Shown one piece after another: positions 26,501 to 38,311 of a DNA stretch of 64,000 nt. This DNA is from Callorhinchus milii (taxonomy: Eukaryota). The notes beneath the pieces are model-generated. The model was not told the origin of the DNA. It searched no databases and saw nothing but the letters and a program-made list of their open reading frames with translations. Position numbers and translations under genes: made by a program. The stretch lies in contig NW_024704743.1 of the NCBI RefSeq assembly GCF_018977255.1, positions 63,366,001 to 63,430,000 of the forward strand, given 5' to 3'. The first letter of the stretch is position 1, and every line of letters starts with the position of its first letter.

Positions 26501-27282
26501 CACTTATATTACAATCACTGGCTTCCTGCCTAGTCAAACAGTTCCTCTGACTGAACACGGATGTGAAAATCTATACTAGGTAGTTTCAGGGTGAACGTTT
26601 GTTCAGTCACGCTGTAAGAATATCTGTTTGCCAGGACACACCTTTCATTGCCTTGGAGGTGTGTGAATCAAAATTGGAAACTCATGACTGAAATTAAACT
26701 GGAAACTGCAGTATTTGGGTGAAGAAACTTACCTAGAAATACCTTCAATGCAAACAATGCCAGCCTAGGTTGGACACAGCCTCTTTATAGTGTTTGTTTG
26801 AATTCACAATCCTGGACTAGCACTTGTGAATGATCCCTACTTTCTCTCTGAACACCTGTACTTACAGTGACAAAGTCCAGGGAAAGGCCCAGCCATCTGA
26901 AGGTCATCCTCTGGTGCAGATATCTAAAAAGTTATATTGAAAATTGGATTTTTGCACCAATTATGATTCATGGTTTGCAAATTTTAAACTAAGAGATTCA
27001 CCTCAAGATTGACAAATATCAACGTGCAAATCCCAAATCGCCAAAGTCCATAAAAAGGTTGGAAAACGATACGGCTGGTATTTCACTCGTTAACCTTTAT
27101 TCAGGCCTTTAGAGTTCAGCGTCTCTATGGATCTCTATGTCCAGCACTACATTTGTCAAATGCTTTGAGATGCTCTTTTACACACGCTATATTAAGGTAA
27201 ATTGTTGTCCAACATGTTTTCTATACGACTGATAAGAAATAAATTAAACTTCAAAGCTCCACCTCAGACACTAGACCTGTGT

Positions 27283-28426
27283 AATAACTAAATAATCCTT
27301 GCATTTGATATAACACCTTATCACGTCTTCAAGCGTCTAAAAGCGCTTCACAGAATATACTAAAGGGAATTCATTGTATTTTTTGTGGGATAAACGCAGC
27401 AGCCAATTGCGTACAGCAGTGTCCCACAAACAGTCGCGGATTAAGTGACCAATTTATTATTTTTTTAAAATTATTACCCCTGGAAAAACAATCTACCAAT
27501 CGACTAACAACCGGGATGCTACTTACTCATCAACCTCCATGGTTGCACACTTCAACTCACCAAGCCAGTCAGGAACCTAAGTGTCTTGTTCAACCCTCAA
27601 CTGTCTTCTTCCCCACATCCAAGCCATGATCTGCTCTGTCTTTCTTCACCTCTGTAACATCGCCCGACTCCGCCACTGCCTCTCCCCTCAGGCCACTGAA
27701 ACTCTTATTCATGCCTTCATGACCTCCAGGCTCGACTATGCAAATGCCTGCTTGTCGGCCTTCCCAACTCCTCCCTCCACAGGCTGCAGATAATCCAGAA
27801 CTCTGCAGCCCGAGTCCTCTCCCGCACCAAACTCCGTGACCCCATCTCCCCCATTCTTGTCCAACTCCATTGGCTCCCTATCCTTCAGATGATCCATTTC
27901 AAAATCCTGGTCCTTACCTACAAAGCCCTCCATGGCCTCGCCCCACACTACCTCTGTGACCTCCTAACCCCCTACCAACCCGCCAGTTCCCTCCACTCAG
28001 CCGGCTCCGGCCTGCTCCACGTCCCCCGACCCACCCGCCCCACCATTGGCGGGAGAGCCTTCAGCCACTCTGCCCCCAAACTCTGGAATTCCATCCCCAG
28101 TCACTCTGCTTCGCCCCCTCCTTAGCCTCCTTCAAGTCCCACCTCAAGACCCTCCTCTTCGACCATGCCATTGGTCACCCCCCTTTCCCTCCCCTCCCTT
28201 CTCCCCCCTGACCCCAGTTCGGCTCTGAAATGCTGTACACTGTCCAGTGCCTTGGGACGTCCTCCTGACGTGAAAGGCGCTATAACAAATGTAATCTTGT
28301 TGTTGTTACTGCTTGGTAAACAGTATTGAGTAAGGAAACTTGCCTAAGGTTTCACCCTGCCCGGGAATCAAACCCAGGTCTATCGCTTGCGAGGCAAGTA
28401 CTCTAACAACTGATTTACAGGACTCT
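27283..28426 (-). mobile_element. Same SINE family, long form, split by L2 insertion
   Basis: Tail half 27283-27527 and head half 28306-28426 rejoin at TTACT. Confidence 0.85.
27528..28305 (+). mobile_element. L2 LINE 3' fragment nested in a SINE
   Basis: ETLIHAFMTSRLDY and FKILVLTYKALHGLAP motifs; TSD TTACT at 27523-27527 and 28306-28310. Confidence 0.88.
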
Positions 28427-29371
28427 ACAGGTTATGTTTATTAAAGAAACTGTGTGCAAATATTCATATCTATATAGACCAAGGTTTGGTCTTACAGCAG
28501 TACAAGCATGACTTTCCTCAAAGTTAAAATGAATCAATTATCAAAACCTTCGATGTCAGATTGCACTAAATCTCACCTTAAGACTTACTTCTTTAACCAT
28601 CTTCATCTTGAACCCAGGACTTTCTTTTATTCAGATTTATTCAGAGTAGGAATTAAATTAGGTAGATTTTCTTTACACCTGTGATTTTGTTTTGCATAGA
28701 AGGTTTCCATGGATACAGCATACATTTTCCTAGATATACTTGATCATTTTCTACACTGCAAGAAATATTAGAAGAAATGGTTAACCAAGAACCCCCATGT
28801 TAATATTGAATACAATAAATTTTCATTAATTTGGCACTTTTCACATCAGGAGTACGTCTCAAAGCACTTCACACAGGGCAACCAAAACTGGTGGGGGTGA
28901 GGGGGAAAATAGATGATCAAAAGCAGTCAAAGGAGTACATCTTAAAAAGAACATAAGAACATAAGAATTAGGAGCAGGAGTAGGCCATTCGGCCTCTCTA
29001 GCCTGCCCCGCCATTCAATAAGATCATGGCTGATCTATTCTAACTCTACGTACCTACCCACCTTATCCCCATATCCCTGAATCCCTTTATCCACAAGAAA
29101 TCTATCAATCTCAGTGGCTTTGAAAGTGGGGAGGGAAGGAGGAATAATTCAGTGGGACTCTGGAATAATTCAGTGGGCTCTGGGATAGAATTCCAGAAAT
29201 TGGAGGCTCAATAGTGGTGGGGCAGAGAGAGTGGGGGACATGAAGCAGGCAGGTTCATTGAGTGAAAAGTTTACCACGAACCACTGGTTCTCCATCCCCC
29301 AGCAGATCAAATTCAAGATTCTTGTTCCTCACTTTCAAATGCTCCTGTGGCCTAGGTAACAAAAACATTTG

Positions 29372-29750
29372 TAGTCCTGAAGCTCAGTGGTTAGAGCACT
29401 CGCCTCACAAGCGAGAGATCTGGATTCGATCCCCGGCAGGGCGAAACATTGGGCAAGTTTCCTTACTCCACATGCCTCTGTTTATCTAGCAGTAAGTAGA
29501 AACCCAGTTGTTAGTCAATTGGCAGATTGCCTCTCCGGGGATAATAATCCCTCAAAAAAAACACAATAAAACAATAATAATTTGGTCACTCAATCCACAA
29601 CAGTTTGAGGGACACTGCTATATGCAATTGGCTACTGCTTTTCACCCACAAACATACAGTCAATTCCCTTTACAGTACATTCTGTGAAGCACTTTCAGAT
29701 ATCTAGAAGATGTGAAAAGTGCTATATGCAAGGATTATTATTATTATTAA
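29372..29750 (+). mobile_element. Same SINE family, long form
   Basis: Head, extra ~65-nt segment (gcagtaagtagaaacccagttgttagtcaattgg), Deu core, (TTA)n tail. Confidence 0.88.
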
Positions 29751-31505
29751 TAAATACCCAATTAACTGACTTTTGTCTTGAAATCTACACAAATACAAGG
29801 AAAGGGAAATAGAATTGACAGATTATCTGGTGCACTAATGGCTTCTGCATTAATCACAAATTCCACCTCCTCCTCCCACCTTTGATGAATACTTTCAGGG
29901 AGAAGAGGATAAAATCAGTATTTTTTCCACTCCATCACCCCCTCCCTATGCTAGGAATTGGCAAAATAGATAGCAAACACATTCACCGGACACACAATCA
30001 TCTGAAATCACGACCTTGCACTTGGTTGAAGCATTCAGCAGTTTACATCATCAAATATCAACACTTCTTGTCAAGAGCGTACTGGAGGCAGCCCGAGTTA
30101 CACATTCTCACTCTCCTCGGTGTACAAAAAAACTCATCTTAAACTCCGTTTTATCTGATACTGGCTATCATATTTATGCTCCACTCTTTTGGACTAGTCA
30201 AAATATGAAAACAGCCTATTAATATCCACCTTAATAAATCTTTCATAATTTTAAATACCTCTATCAGCTCTATCAATCATCTCATCTGCAGAGAAAAGCT
30301 CTAACGTGTCCAATCTCTCTTCATATCAGTACCTATTCATCCTTTGTAACATCCTAATAAATATACACTGCATTCTCTCCATTATTGCAACATTGTTCCT
30401 AAGCAAGGATTATTATTATCTTTCTCGTAAGTATGGTGACAAGAACTGCACACTAGACAATGACAGAGTGCAATTTAATTTGGGAGCATTCAGTTCTAAT
30501 TGAGTTGGATTGATCACAGTTAGCTTGTGTGCATGAGATCAAAGATCCAAATAACTGCATAAATCATCCCCATTTCTATTTTCTCCAGTACAAGTTGCAG
30601 TGTTCTTGTTGCAATTAGCTATATCTGTTCACTTTACACTTTGGCAATGATGGAGGGTGGGGGGCATTGTAGAATTGGTAGGTTGATTGCTTTATTATTG
30701 GTCAGAATAAGCCAGAGTCTGTTTCTCAGCTGACCAGTAAAATCTAGATTAATATTTACAGCATTCAGATGTTTATATATGGATATTGTCTATTACTGTT
30801 GCTAAGGAAGATCATATTCATCAGCTAAGATCAGGATTGATCATTTTTGGTATGGGGGGGGTTGAAACAAATATAGTTTGCCTAATTATGGGGACTCAAC
30901 TCATCTGGATCCTGCTTCTGAGTGAGAGGTAGAAAAGAGAGATTTTGTGGAAACATTAGATGTGTTAAAAGCTGCTCTGAGTTGCCCTTCATTTTGGTCC
31001 AACCATGTTACCTTAGTTTAGTTGGTGACGTTCTCATCTACGAGCAAGAATACTATGGAATTGAAGTTAAACTTCAGTGCATTACCGGGAAAGCATTCCA
31101 TTGTCAGAGGTGCCATCCATTAGGTGAGACATTAAACTAAAATTCCATCTGCCGTCTGTTTCAGGTGGATGTTAAAAATACTGTATCATTATCCAAAAAA
31201 GAAAAACATTTCTTCCCATATCCTGGCCAGATACATTGATCATTCACCTCTTGTTTATTATTCAGATGCTGCATTCATTTCTTGTTTGTTTTTGTTACCC
31301 TCCCATATGCAAAGCAATCATTGCATGTAAAACAGGCAATGTCCTTGACTGTAGTTACTGTGAAGTATTTTGAAATGTTTTGATGTGAGGAGGCCATATA
31401 AAAACTCAAACTTTTTCTCTCCAGTATGACTATCAGAGTAGAAGGACTAGGTGGCAAGTTCTATTGTGCGGCTCACATGAAAGACCCAGAACTGCAGAGA
31501 CCAGA

Positions 31506-31790
31506 ACAACAACAATAACTTTCATTTATATAGTGCCCTTCACATGGGGTAGCGTCTCGGAGCGCTTGACAGTGGTGGAGTCAGACCCCGAGCCAGGGGG
31601 AGAGGGAGTGGGAAGGTGACTGTAAACATGATCGATAAGGAAGGTCTTTAGGCAGGATTTGAAAGTGGGGAGTGAGGGGGCAAGGCAGAGGGATTGAGGG
31701 AGAGAGTTCCAGAGCTTCAGGGCTTAGTGGCTGAAGACACGGCCACCAGTATAGACCAGGACATGCATGCTGGACCAGACTTGGATGCAC
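31506..31790 (-). mobile_element. L2 3' end fragment
   Basis: aacaacaac tail, cttcatttatatagtgcccttcac terminal stem and gagttccagag motif as in other L2 copies. Confidence 0.7.
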
Positions 31791-33206
31791 CATGGAGCGG
31801 AGATGGAATCAACTACCAACCATGCCCCACCACACAATGAGCTTCAACTGTTAACGTGGAGCAAATTCCAGTACAATTAAAGAATTTCCTTTTTGTCCAG
31901 CCAAATTATAAAATTGCTTTTCTAATTCAGTAAGTGACACCCAGAGACTGCAACGTGGAGTGAGTCACCTGTGTTTGCCAAATCATTTGAATCTGTTCCA
32001 GAAATAAGTGCAAACAAATAAGAAACTGATACCTGCAGTTCAAGCTGCTTTTTACTGCCTGTAACAGTGTATACATAATGACTGGATGTCTCCAGATTTT
32101 AGACCCCTGATAGGTCAGAAATATTTGTTCCCCAAACCATCTGGTCAGCTGACCTAAAGTAAGGGCACCAGCTTTATGAATGGAAAGGTTCTTAGTAAAT
32201 GAAGCAGAAGAAGATAATTTCTCAGAGATATTAAGTTATTGTGTCACTAAATGTAAAGGGTACAGAGAAACTGCAGAAGAGCGAGATTTAGACCAAGTGG
32301 CTGGCTCGTGTCAAGAAAAATACCAAAAAAAAGAAAAAATTGATAGATTAAATCTTCCTGGGGGGAAGCGCTGCTTGTGCTGAGCTGGCTCCAACATGAC
32401 GTGTTTGCCAATGTAATGTTGGAATCAAATCAACCCTCAGAAGAGGTCTGAGCAGTCTGATTCCTGAGCCAGGCAGGTCTGATGTACTGCAATGACAAAC
32501 AAACCAGCCTGGCTCCTCATCACACCTCGGAGAGGCAAAATGATCACTGGAGGCAGGGATTCTTCCCACTATGATCTGGTTAACCCTGCAGTCAAAGTCC
32601 TGATGGACAGGGTAGCCTCAGCTGGAGAGGCAGTGGGAAACTTGCCAATCAGTGTTCATAAATACTGTTTTAAATTGGTAAACTCCAGCAGTGCCATGGT
32701 CCCCAGGAAATGGCTCTCACTAACCTGAACCTAAAACTCTCCAGAATTAGGTAAGCAGTGTGCGTCCCTTCAGGGAGAGAGTGCACATTCCAAACCAGAC
32801 GCAAGGACATTTCCACATGTAACATGGCAATGGGCTTCCTCACATATCAGATAATCAGCTGACTAAAAAAGAATAGGCTAACTTATTTCTGTACTAGCAA
32901 ATTGTATGATTCTATTTAGATGATTCTTCCCTCGCCATCTAACACCTACACGGATCACTGTGCATAGCTAGGAGGCAGAGGCAAACAAATCTCGAGCGTT
33001 AGAGAGCTCTTTGGTGACAGACAGACTTCCTGTCATTATCTAATTCAGTGAAGACAAGGAATTTCTGCAATGAAGTACCAGCAGCTTTTCCAAGGCTGGA
33101 AAATCCCAGGTAGCATCTAATCTCTGAGATTAATGTAACATATTTAACCATAGAATCCTTGGGACGGTACCTTAGGACGTCCTTCCAACAAGAAAAATGC
33201 TATATA

Positions 33207-33535
33207 AGCGAGAGGACATGGGTTTGATTCCTGGGCAGGGCGAAACCTTGGGCAAGTTTTCTTACTCCACAAGCCTCTGTTTACCTAACAGTAATTAAGA
33301 ACGCGTTTATTAGTCAATTGGCGGATCGCTTTTCCGGGGGTAATAACTCCTTCAAAATAAATAAATAAACAAATAATTTGGTCACTCAATCCATGATTCT
33401 TTGTGGGACACTGCTGTGTGCAACTGGCTGCTGAGTTTCTCCCACAAAGAGCACAGTCAGTTCATTTTACAGTATATTCTGTCAAGCGCTTTGAGATGCC
33501 TCGAAGACGTGATATGATGCTATATTATTATTATA
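33207..33535 (+). mobile_element. Same SINE family, long form, 5'-truncated
   Basis: Starts within the tRNA head; body and tail match the family. Confidence 0.85.
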
Positions 33536-33624
33536 AATGTAATTTGGTGGTGTTGTAGAATCCACATTGTGAGGATTTATTCTCAGATTTTCCTACTTAA
33601 CATAATTACTTTGATATCTTTGTA

Positions 33625-33948
33625 GAGTCCCGTAGCTCAGTGGTTAGAGCACTCTCCTCGCAAGCGAGAGAGCTGGGTTCGATTCCAGGCAGAGCAAAAC
33701 CTTGGGCAAGTTTCCTTACTCCACATGCCTGATAATAATCCCTCAAGAAAAAAATAAATAAAATTGGTCACTTCAAACCACGACTATTTGTGGGACACTG
33801 TTGTGCGCAATTGGCTGCTGCGTTTCGTCCACAAATATACAGTCAATTCACTTTACAATATATTCTGTGAAGCGCTTTGAGACATCTAGAAGATGTGGAA
33901 AGCACCATATCGAATGCAAGGATTATTATTATTATTTATTATTATTAT
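33625..33948 (+). mobile_element. Same SINE family, short form
   Basis: Full head to (TTA)n tail. Confidence 0.9.
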
Positions 33949-34719
33949 CTTTACCTGTGGATACTTTCATATTATCTACAAAATACATTGCAGATAGAAG
34001 AGATCTGCTTAAAGTGGCCATATTTCCAATCCTATTAGCTGTGTGAAGCAAAATCTAGGATAAATGGGTTGCGACTAGGATAATAGTTGAGAAAGTGAAT
34101 GATATTGATTTCAATTACAAGTGCTGTCCCCATCAAGGACCACAATACAGCTTTTGTAGATTGAATCAATTTGGGATCATTACTTCAGAAAAATACAACA
34201 TTTGTGTCTGAGTTAACACACTTTAGAATGGATACTCAACCCATCAGCCTCAGCTTGTTACAGTGGAAACAAACTAGAACAAACAAGCCAAAAATCCATC
34301 AATAGAAACATACTTTTTTTTTCATTTCAACATAATCAGAGTTTTGTGCCTCATCAGAAAGAATGGAAACAGTCAGATGATTTACCATTAAAAAAGAATT
34401 ATCAACGACAGTTACATGTACAGAGGGAACTCAACATATTTACAGTTTATCTATTAGTCCATTTATTCATGCATAAAGGCATTTACTGAATAAACCAAAT
34501 TACTCTAACTTGCTTGTGGTCTTCCAATGACCTATTGGGTAACATAGACACTTAGGCCTTTGGGATAGGCCATTCAGCCTATTGGGGAGAGACCCAACCA
34601 GAGTAGCATTAAATCTATCTATTGCTCTTCTTGATTCCAGTCCTGGATAAGCCTTAGCTTCTTTCAGCTCAAAGTTACCAAGACGGAAGCCAATCTCCTC
34701 GGCTCCCGTCAATACCTTC

Positions 34720-35660
34720 TTGCTTCTGGTTCTGTCTTCTTCAACCTTCCTGACCTCTCTCTCCAATTCACTGAGCTAGCGTGATATCTTGGTATTCAGT
34801 TTGACCCTCGACTCTCTTTCCTTCCGGATATCCAAACCCTGACTAAGACCACTTTTTTGCATCTTTGCCACATTAGCCACCCCACCCTTCCTCTCCCACC
34901 CCCCACCCAGTGCTGATAAAACCCTCATCCACATGTTCAGAACCTTCCATTTCAACTTCAACAAATTCCCTTCTCCCTGGCCTCATCACCTCTACCACTA
35001 CCTCTACCACCTACAAGCTCCAGATCATCCATACTTCGCTTTCTATGTTCTTTACTCACAAGAGGCTTAGAATGCTTTGTGGGTATTATCCACATCCTCA
35101 ATAAACTCCACTAGTTCCCCTTCTTCCAATGGATTGACTTCAAGATTCTCATTCGCCTACAAATTCCTTCACAATTGCACAATCTGCTTTCCACTGTCTC
35201 CACATGATTGTCTGCTTCCATTCCCTACCGCACCCCCTATATAGAAGCCCAAATCCTTATTCAAACTGTCTCCAGATTTCATTTCTCTAACTTGCCCACC
35301 TTCCTGGTTTAGCTGTCCATAAATTCCAGCTCTGCAACCTATGTTCTTTCCCACACCTGGTTCTGTGAGTTTATCATTCTTGCCAGGATCAACTAATTCA
35401 CTCTTTCCCAGCAGATTAATTTCAATGCCTTGTTTCAATTTTCAAACGCCCTTGCCCTACCCTTCCTCTGTGATCTTCTGAAATCCCACACCCTCAACTC
35501 TGCTGATTTAGGCATGCTACTAACTCTCCACCCTCTCCACTTTATCAAGCTTTCAGCCACTTTGCTCGCCCTCTGTGAAACTCTCTCCCTAAAACATTGT
35601 AATTATCATTTACCATCAGTGCCTTTAATTCCACCAATTTATTTTGAATGCTTCTCACAG
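34720..35660 (+). mobile_element. Highly degenerate L2 fragment(s)
   Basis: Residual aaaccctcatccac and gattgacttcaagattctc motifs shared with other L2 copies. Confidence 0.5.
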
Positions 35661-35686
35661 TTAAGTATCTGGGGAGAAGAGAACAA

Positions 35687-36004
35687 GAGTCCTGTAGCTC
35701 AGTGGTTAGAGCACTCGCTTTGCAAGTGAGAGACCTGAGTTCAATTCCAGGCAGAGGGCGAAACCTTGGGCAAGTTTCCTTACTCCACACGCCTATTAAT
35801 AATCCCTCCAAAACTAAAAACAATAATTAAATTGGTCATTTTCAATCTACGACTGTTTGTGGGACATTGCTGTGCGCAATTGGCTGCCGCGTTCGCCCAC
35901 AAATATACAGTCAATTCACTTTACAGTGTGTTCTGTGAAGCGCATTGGGACGTCCTCCCGACGTGAAAAGCGCTATATCAAATGCAAGGATTATTATTAT
36001 TATT
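35687..36004 (+). mobile_element. Same SINE family, short form, very young
   Basis: Near-identical to the reverse complement of 39157-39470. Confidence 0.9.
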
Positions 36005-36354
36005 AAGATGCATCCCTGCAAAAAATATTTGAGACTGAGACAACCTACGGTACCTCACTATGGTTCCAGTGCAATGGTGACAAGGTCGCTTGGCTGAATT
36101 CTCATTTTACTAAACCTGAATGGGGTAAATTCAAAAAGCAACTTACAAAAGGGGAGGAAATCAAATCTCAACTAAGTAACCAACTTCCACTTTTGCTTCT
36201 CTTTTTGCAAGTTACACAGGATTACATCTCAAAGTGCTTCACAAAAATGGAGTCAGACCCTGAGCGGGGTGAGAGAGGAGGAGGAGACTGCAGGCAGTCA
36301 AAAATAGTTCTTTTCAGAAAAGGTTTGAAAGTGGAGAGGGATGGCAGGAACCTA

Positions 36355-37105
36355 AGAGTGGTGGAGCAAAGAGATCTGGGTATTCAGATCTACAAATCTC
36401 TAAAAGTAAATCTCTAAAAACTATCCCATGAGCAGGGCGCTGTATAAATACAATTTGTTGTCATTTGTTGTAAAAGTAGCAACACAAGTAGATAATGCCA
36501 TAAAAAGTGTCAATGGGGTCTTGGGCTCTATATGCAGAAGGATAAATTACAAAAATGAGGAGACAATGCTGAATTTGTATAAAACCTTGGTTAGACTGCT
36601 GTGCCCAATTCTAGTCAGCACACTACAATTAAGATATAGCAACGATGTAAAGAGAACAGCATAGATTTAGTAGGATGATATTAGGGCTGGCAGGTTACGG
36701 CTATCAGAAGACTAGATAGGTTAGGTCTTTTTTCCCCAGAGAAGATGTTTAAGGTGTTTAAAATTATAAAACGGTTTGGTAAGGTTAACATAAATAATCT
36801 GTTTCCATCGGCTGGGGAGTCAGTAACCAGGGGACACAAGTGTAAGATAGCGACTAGGGGATCTGGAAAAGAAATTCGGAAACGACTTCACACAGAGGAT
36901 AGTGAGATTGTGGACCTCACTGCCCAACTCAATGGTTGAAGCAGGTAATACAGATGCATTTAAGTGGAAGTTTTATATACACATGAAGGAGAGGGGAATA
37001 GAAGGGTATGGGAGGGAGTAAGGAGTGGGTGGAGGCTCACATGGAATATAAACACTGATTTGGTTGAATGACCTGTTTCTGTGCTTATTTACAATCTATG
37101 TAAAT
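36355..37105 (+). mobile_element. CR1-clade LINE 3' fragment with a short L2 tail inserted at 36409-36470
   Basis: RDLGIQIYKSLKV, MLNLYKTLVR, VFKIIK, TRGH motifs; nested insert flanked by TSD TAAAAGTA (36401-36408, 36471-36478). Confidence 0.8.
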
Positions 37106-37409
37106 CTAAACATTGGGAACCTGAAGTGCACATGGTCTCCTTTGTAGGAATTGTGGGACAGGTGCTATGTTACGCTTATGGTACCCCTCTTCACTGGCAG
37201 AATATGGCTGCTACACCACATTGTATTACCACCACTTTGTTTGTTCCAGTTCATAAAATGGTAGAAAACCATCCCCATCAGTCAGGAGGTGAGGAAAGTA
37301 CAGTATTAATCTGATATCAGAACAGGTTGGATGAGTGAGTATTAAAACATGTCCAAACACTGAACTTATTAGCTACATCAATACTTTTTAAAAATTGTTT
37401 TGTTTTTTG

Positions 37410-38155
37410 CACCACCTCTCGGTCTGAACCTATCCCTTAGACTCATCGAACCAGTGCGTAACCTAGGCATCAGGTTCGACCAACAGCTGTCCTTCCTTCC
37501 CCACATCCGGTCCCTCACCAGGACCACCTTGCTCCACCTCCGCCACATCACCCGCCTCCGACCGTACCTTATCCCAAATGCAGCTGAAATTCTGGACCAC
37601 GCGTTTGTCACCTCCCGACTGGACTTCTCAAATGCCCTCTTTGCCGGACTCCCCAGCTCCACCGTCCACAGGATCCAACCAATCCAAAACTCCTGTCCAC
37701 ATACTCACCCGTACTAAACTCCGTACCCCCATCACACCAGTTCTAGCCAAGCTCCACTGGCTCCGAATCATCGAACGGATCGATTTCAAGATCCTCACAC
37801 TTGTTTTCAAATCCCTTCATGCCCGGGAACCTCCCTACCTCTCCAACTTGCAACCCATAACCCGCTGCCTCCGCTCGACTGGATCCAGCCTTCAGCTTGT
37901 TCCCCGCGCCCTCTGTTCTACCATTGGTGGCCGCTCTGCCAGCTACTATGCCCTCAAACTCTGGAACACTCTTCCTCTCTCCCTCCACCTTGCTCTTTCC
38001 TTCCCCATTTTCAGGTTGTACCTGAAGACCTTCCTCTTTGACCGTGTCTACGGTCATCTCCCTTTCCCCGGCTCGGAATCGTGCTCCGCCACTGTCAAGC
38101 GCCCTGGGACGCTACCCTGTGTGAGGGGCACTACATAAATGCAAGTGGATGTTGT
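37410..38155 (+). mobile_element. L2 LINE 3' fragment
   Basis: VRNLGIRFDQQLSFLPHI, AFVTSRLDFSNAL, LHWL...IDFKIL motifs and L2-type tail. Confidence 0.88.
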
Positions 38156-38311
38156 TTCTACATGTGTAAATGTCAGCTGTATACAGCATTAAGAGAAACA
38201 GAAGCATTTTAGTGCAAAGGCCTCAATACTGCATAACAATATAAAACTGCTTTACCTATCAGTTGCACACAAGAATGATTAACAGAAACACTTTTGAGGA
38301 TATATTTTATA

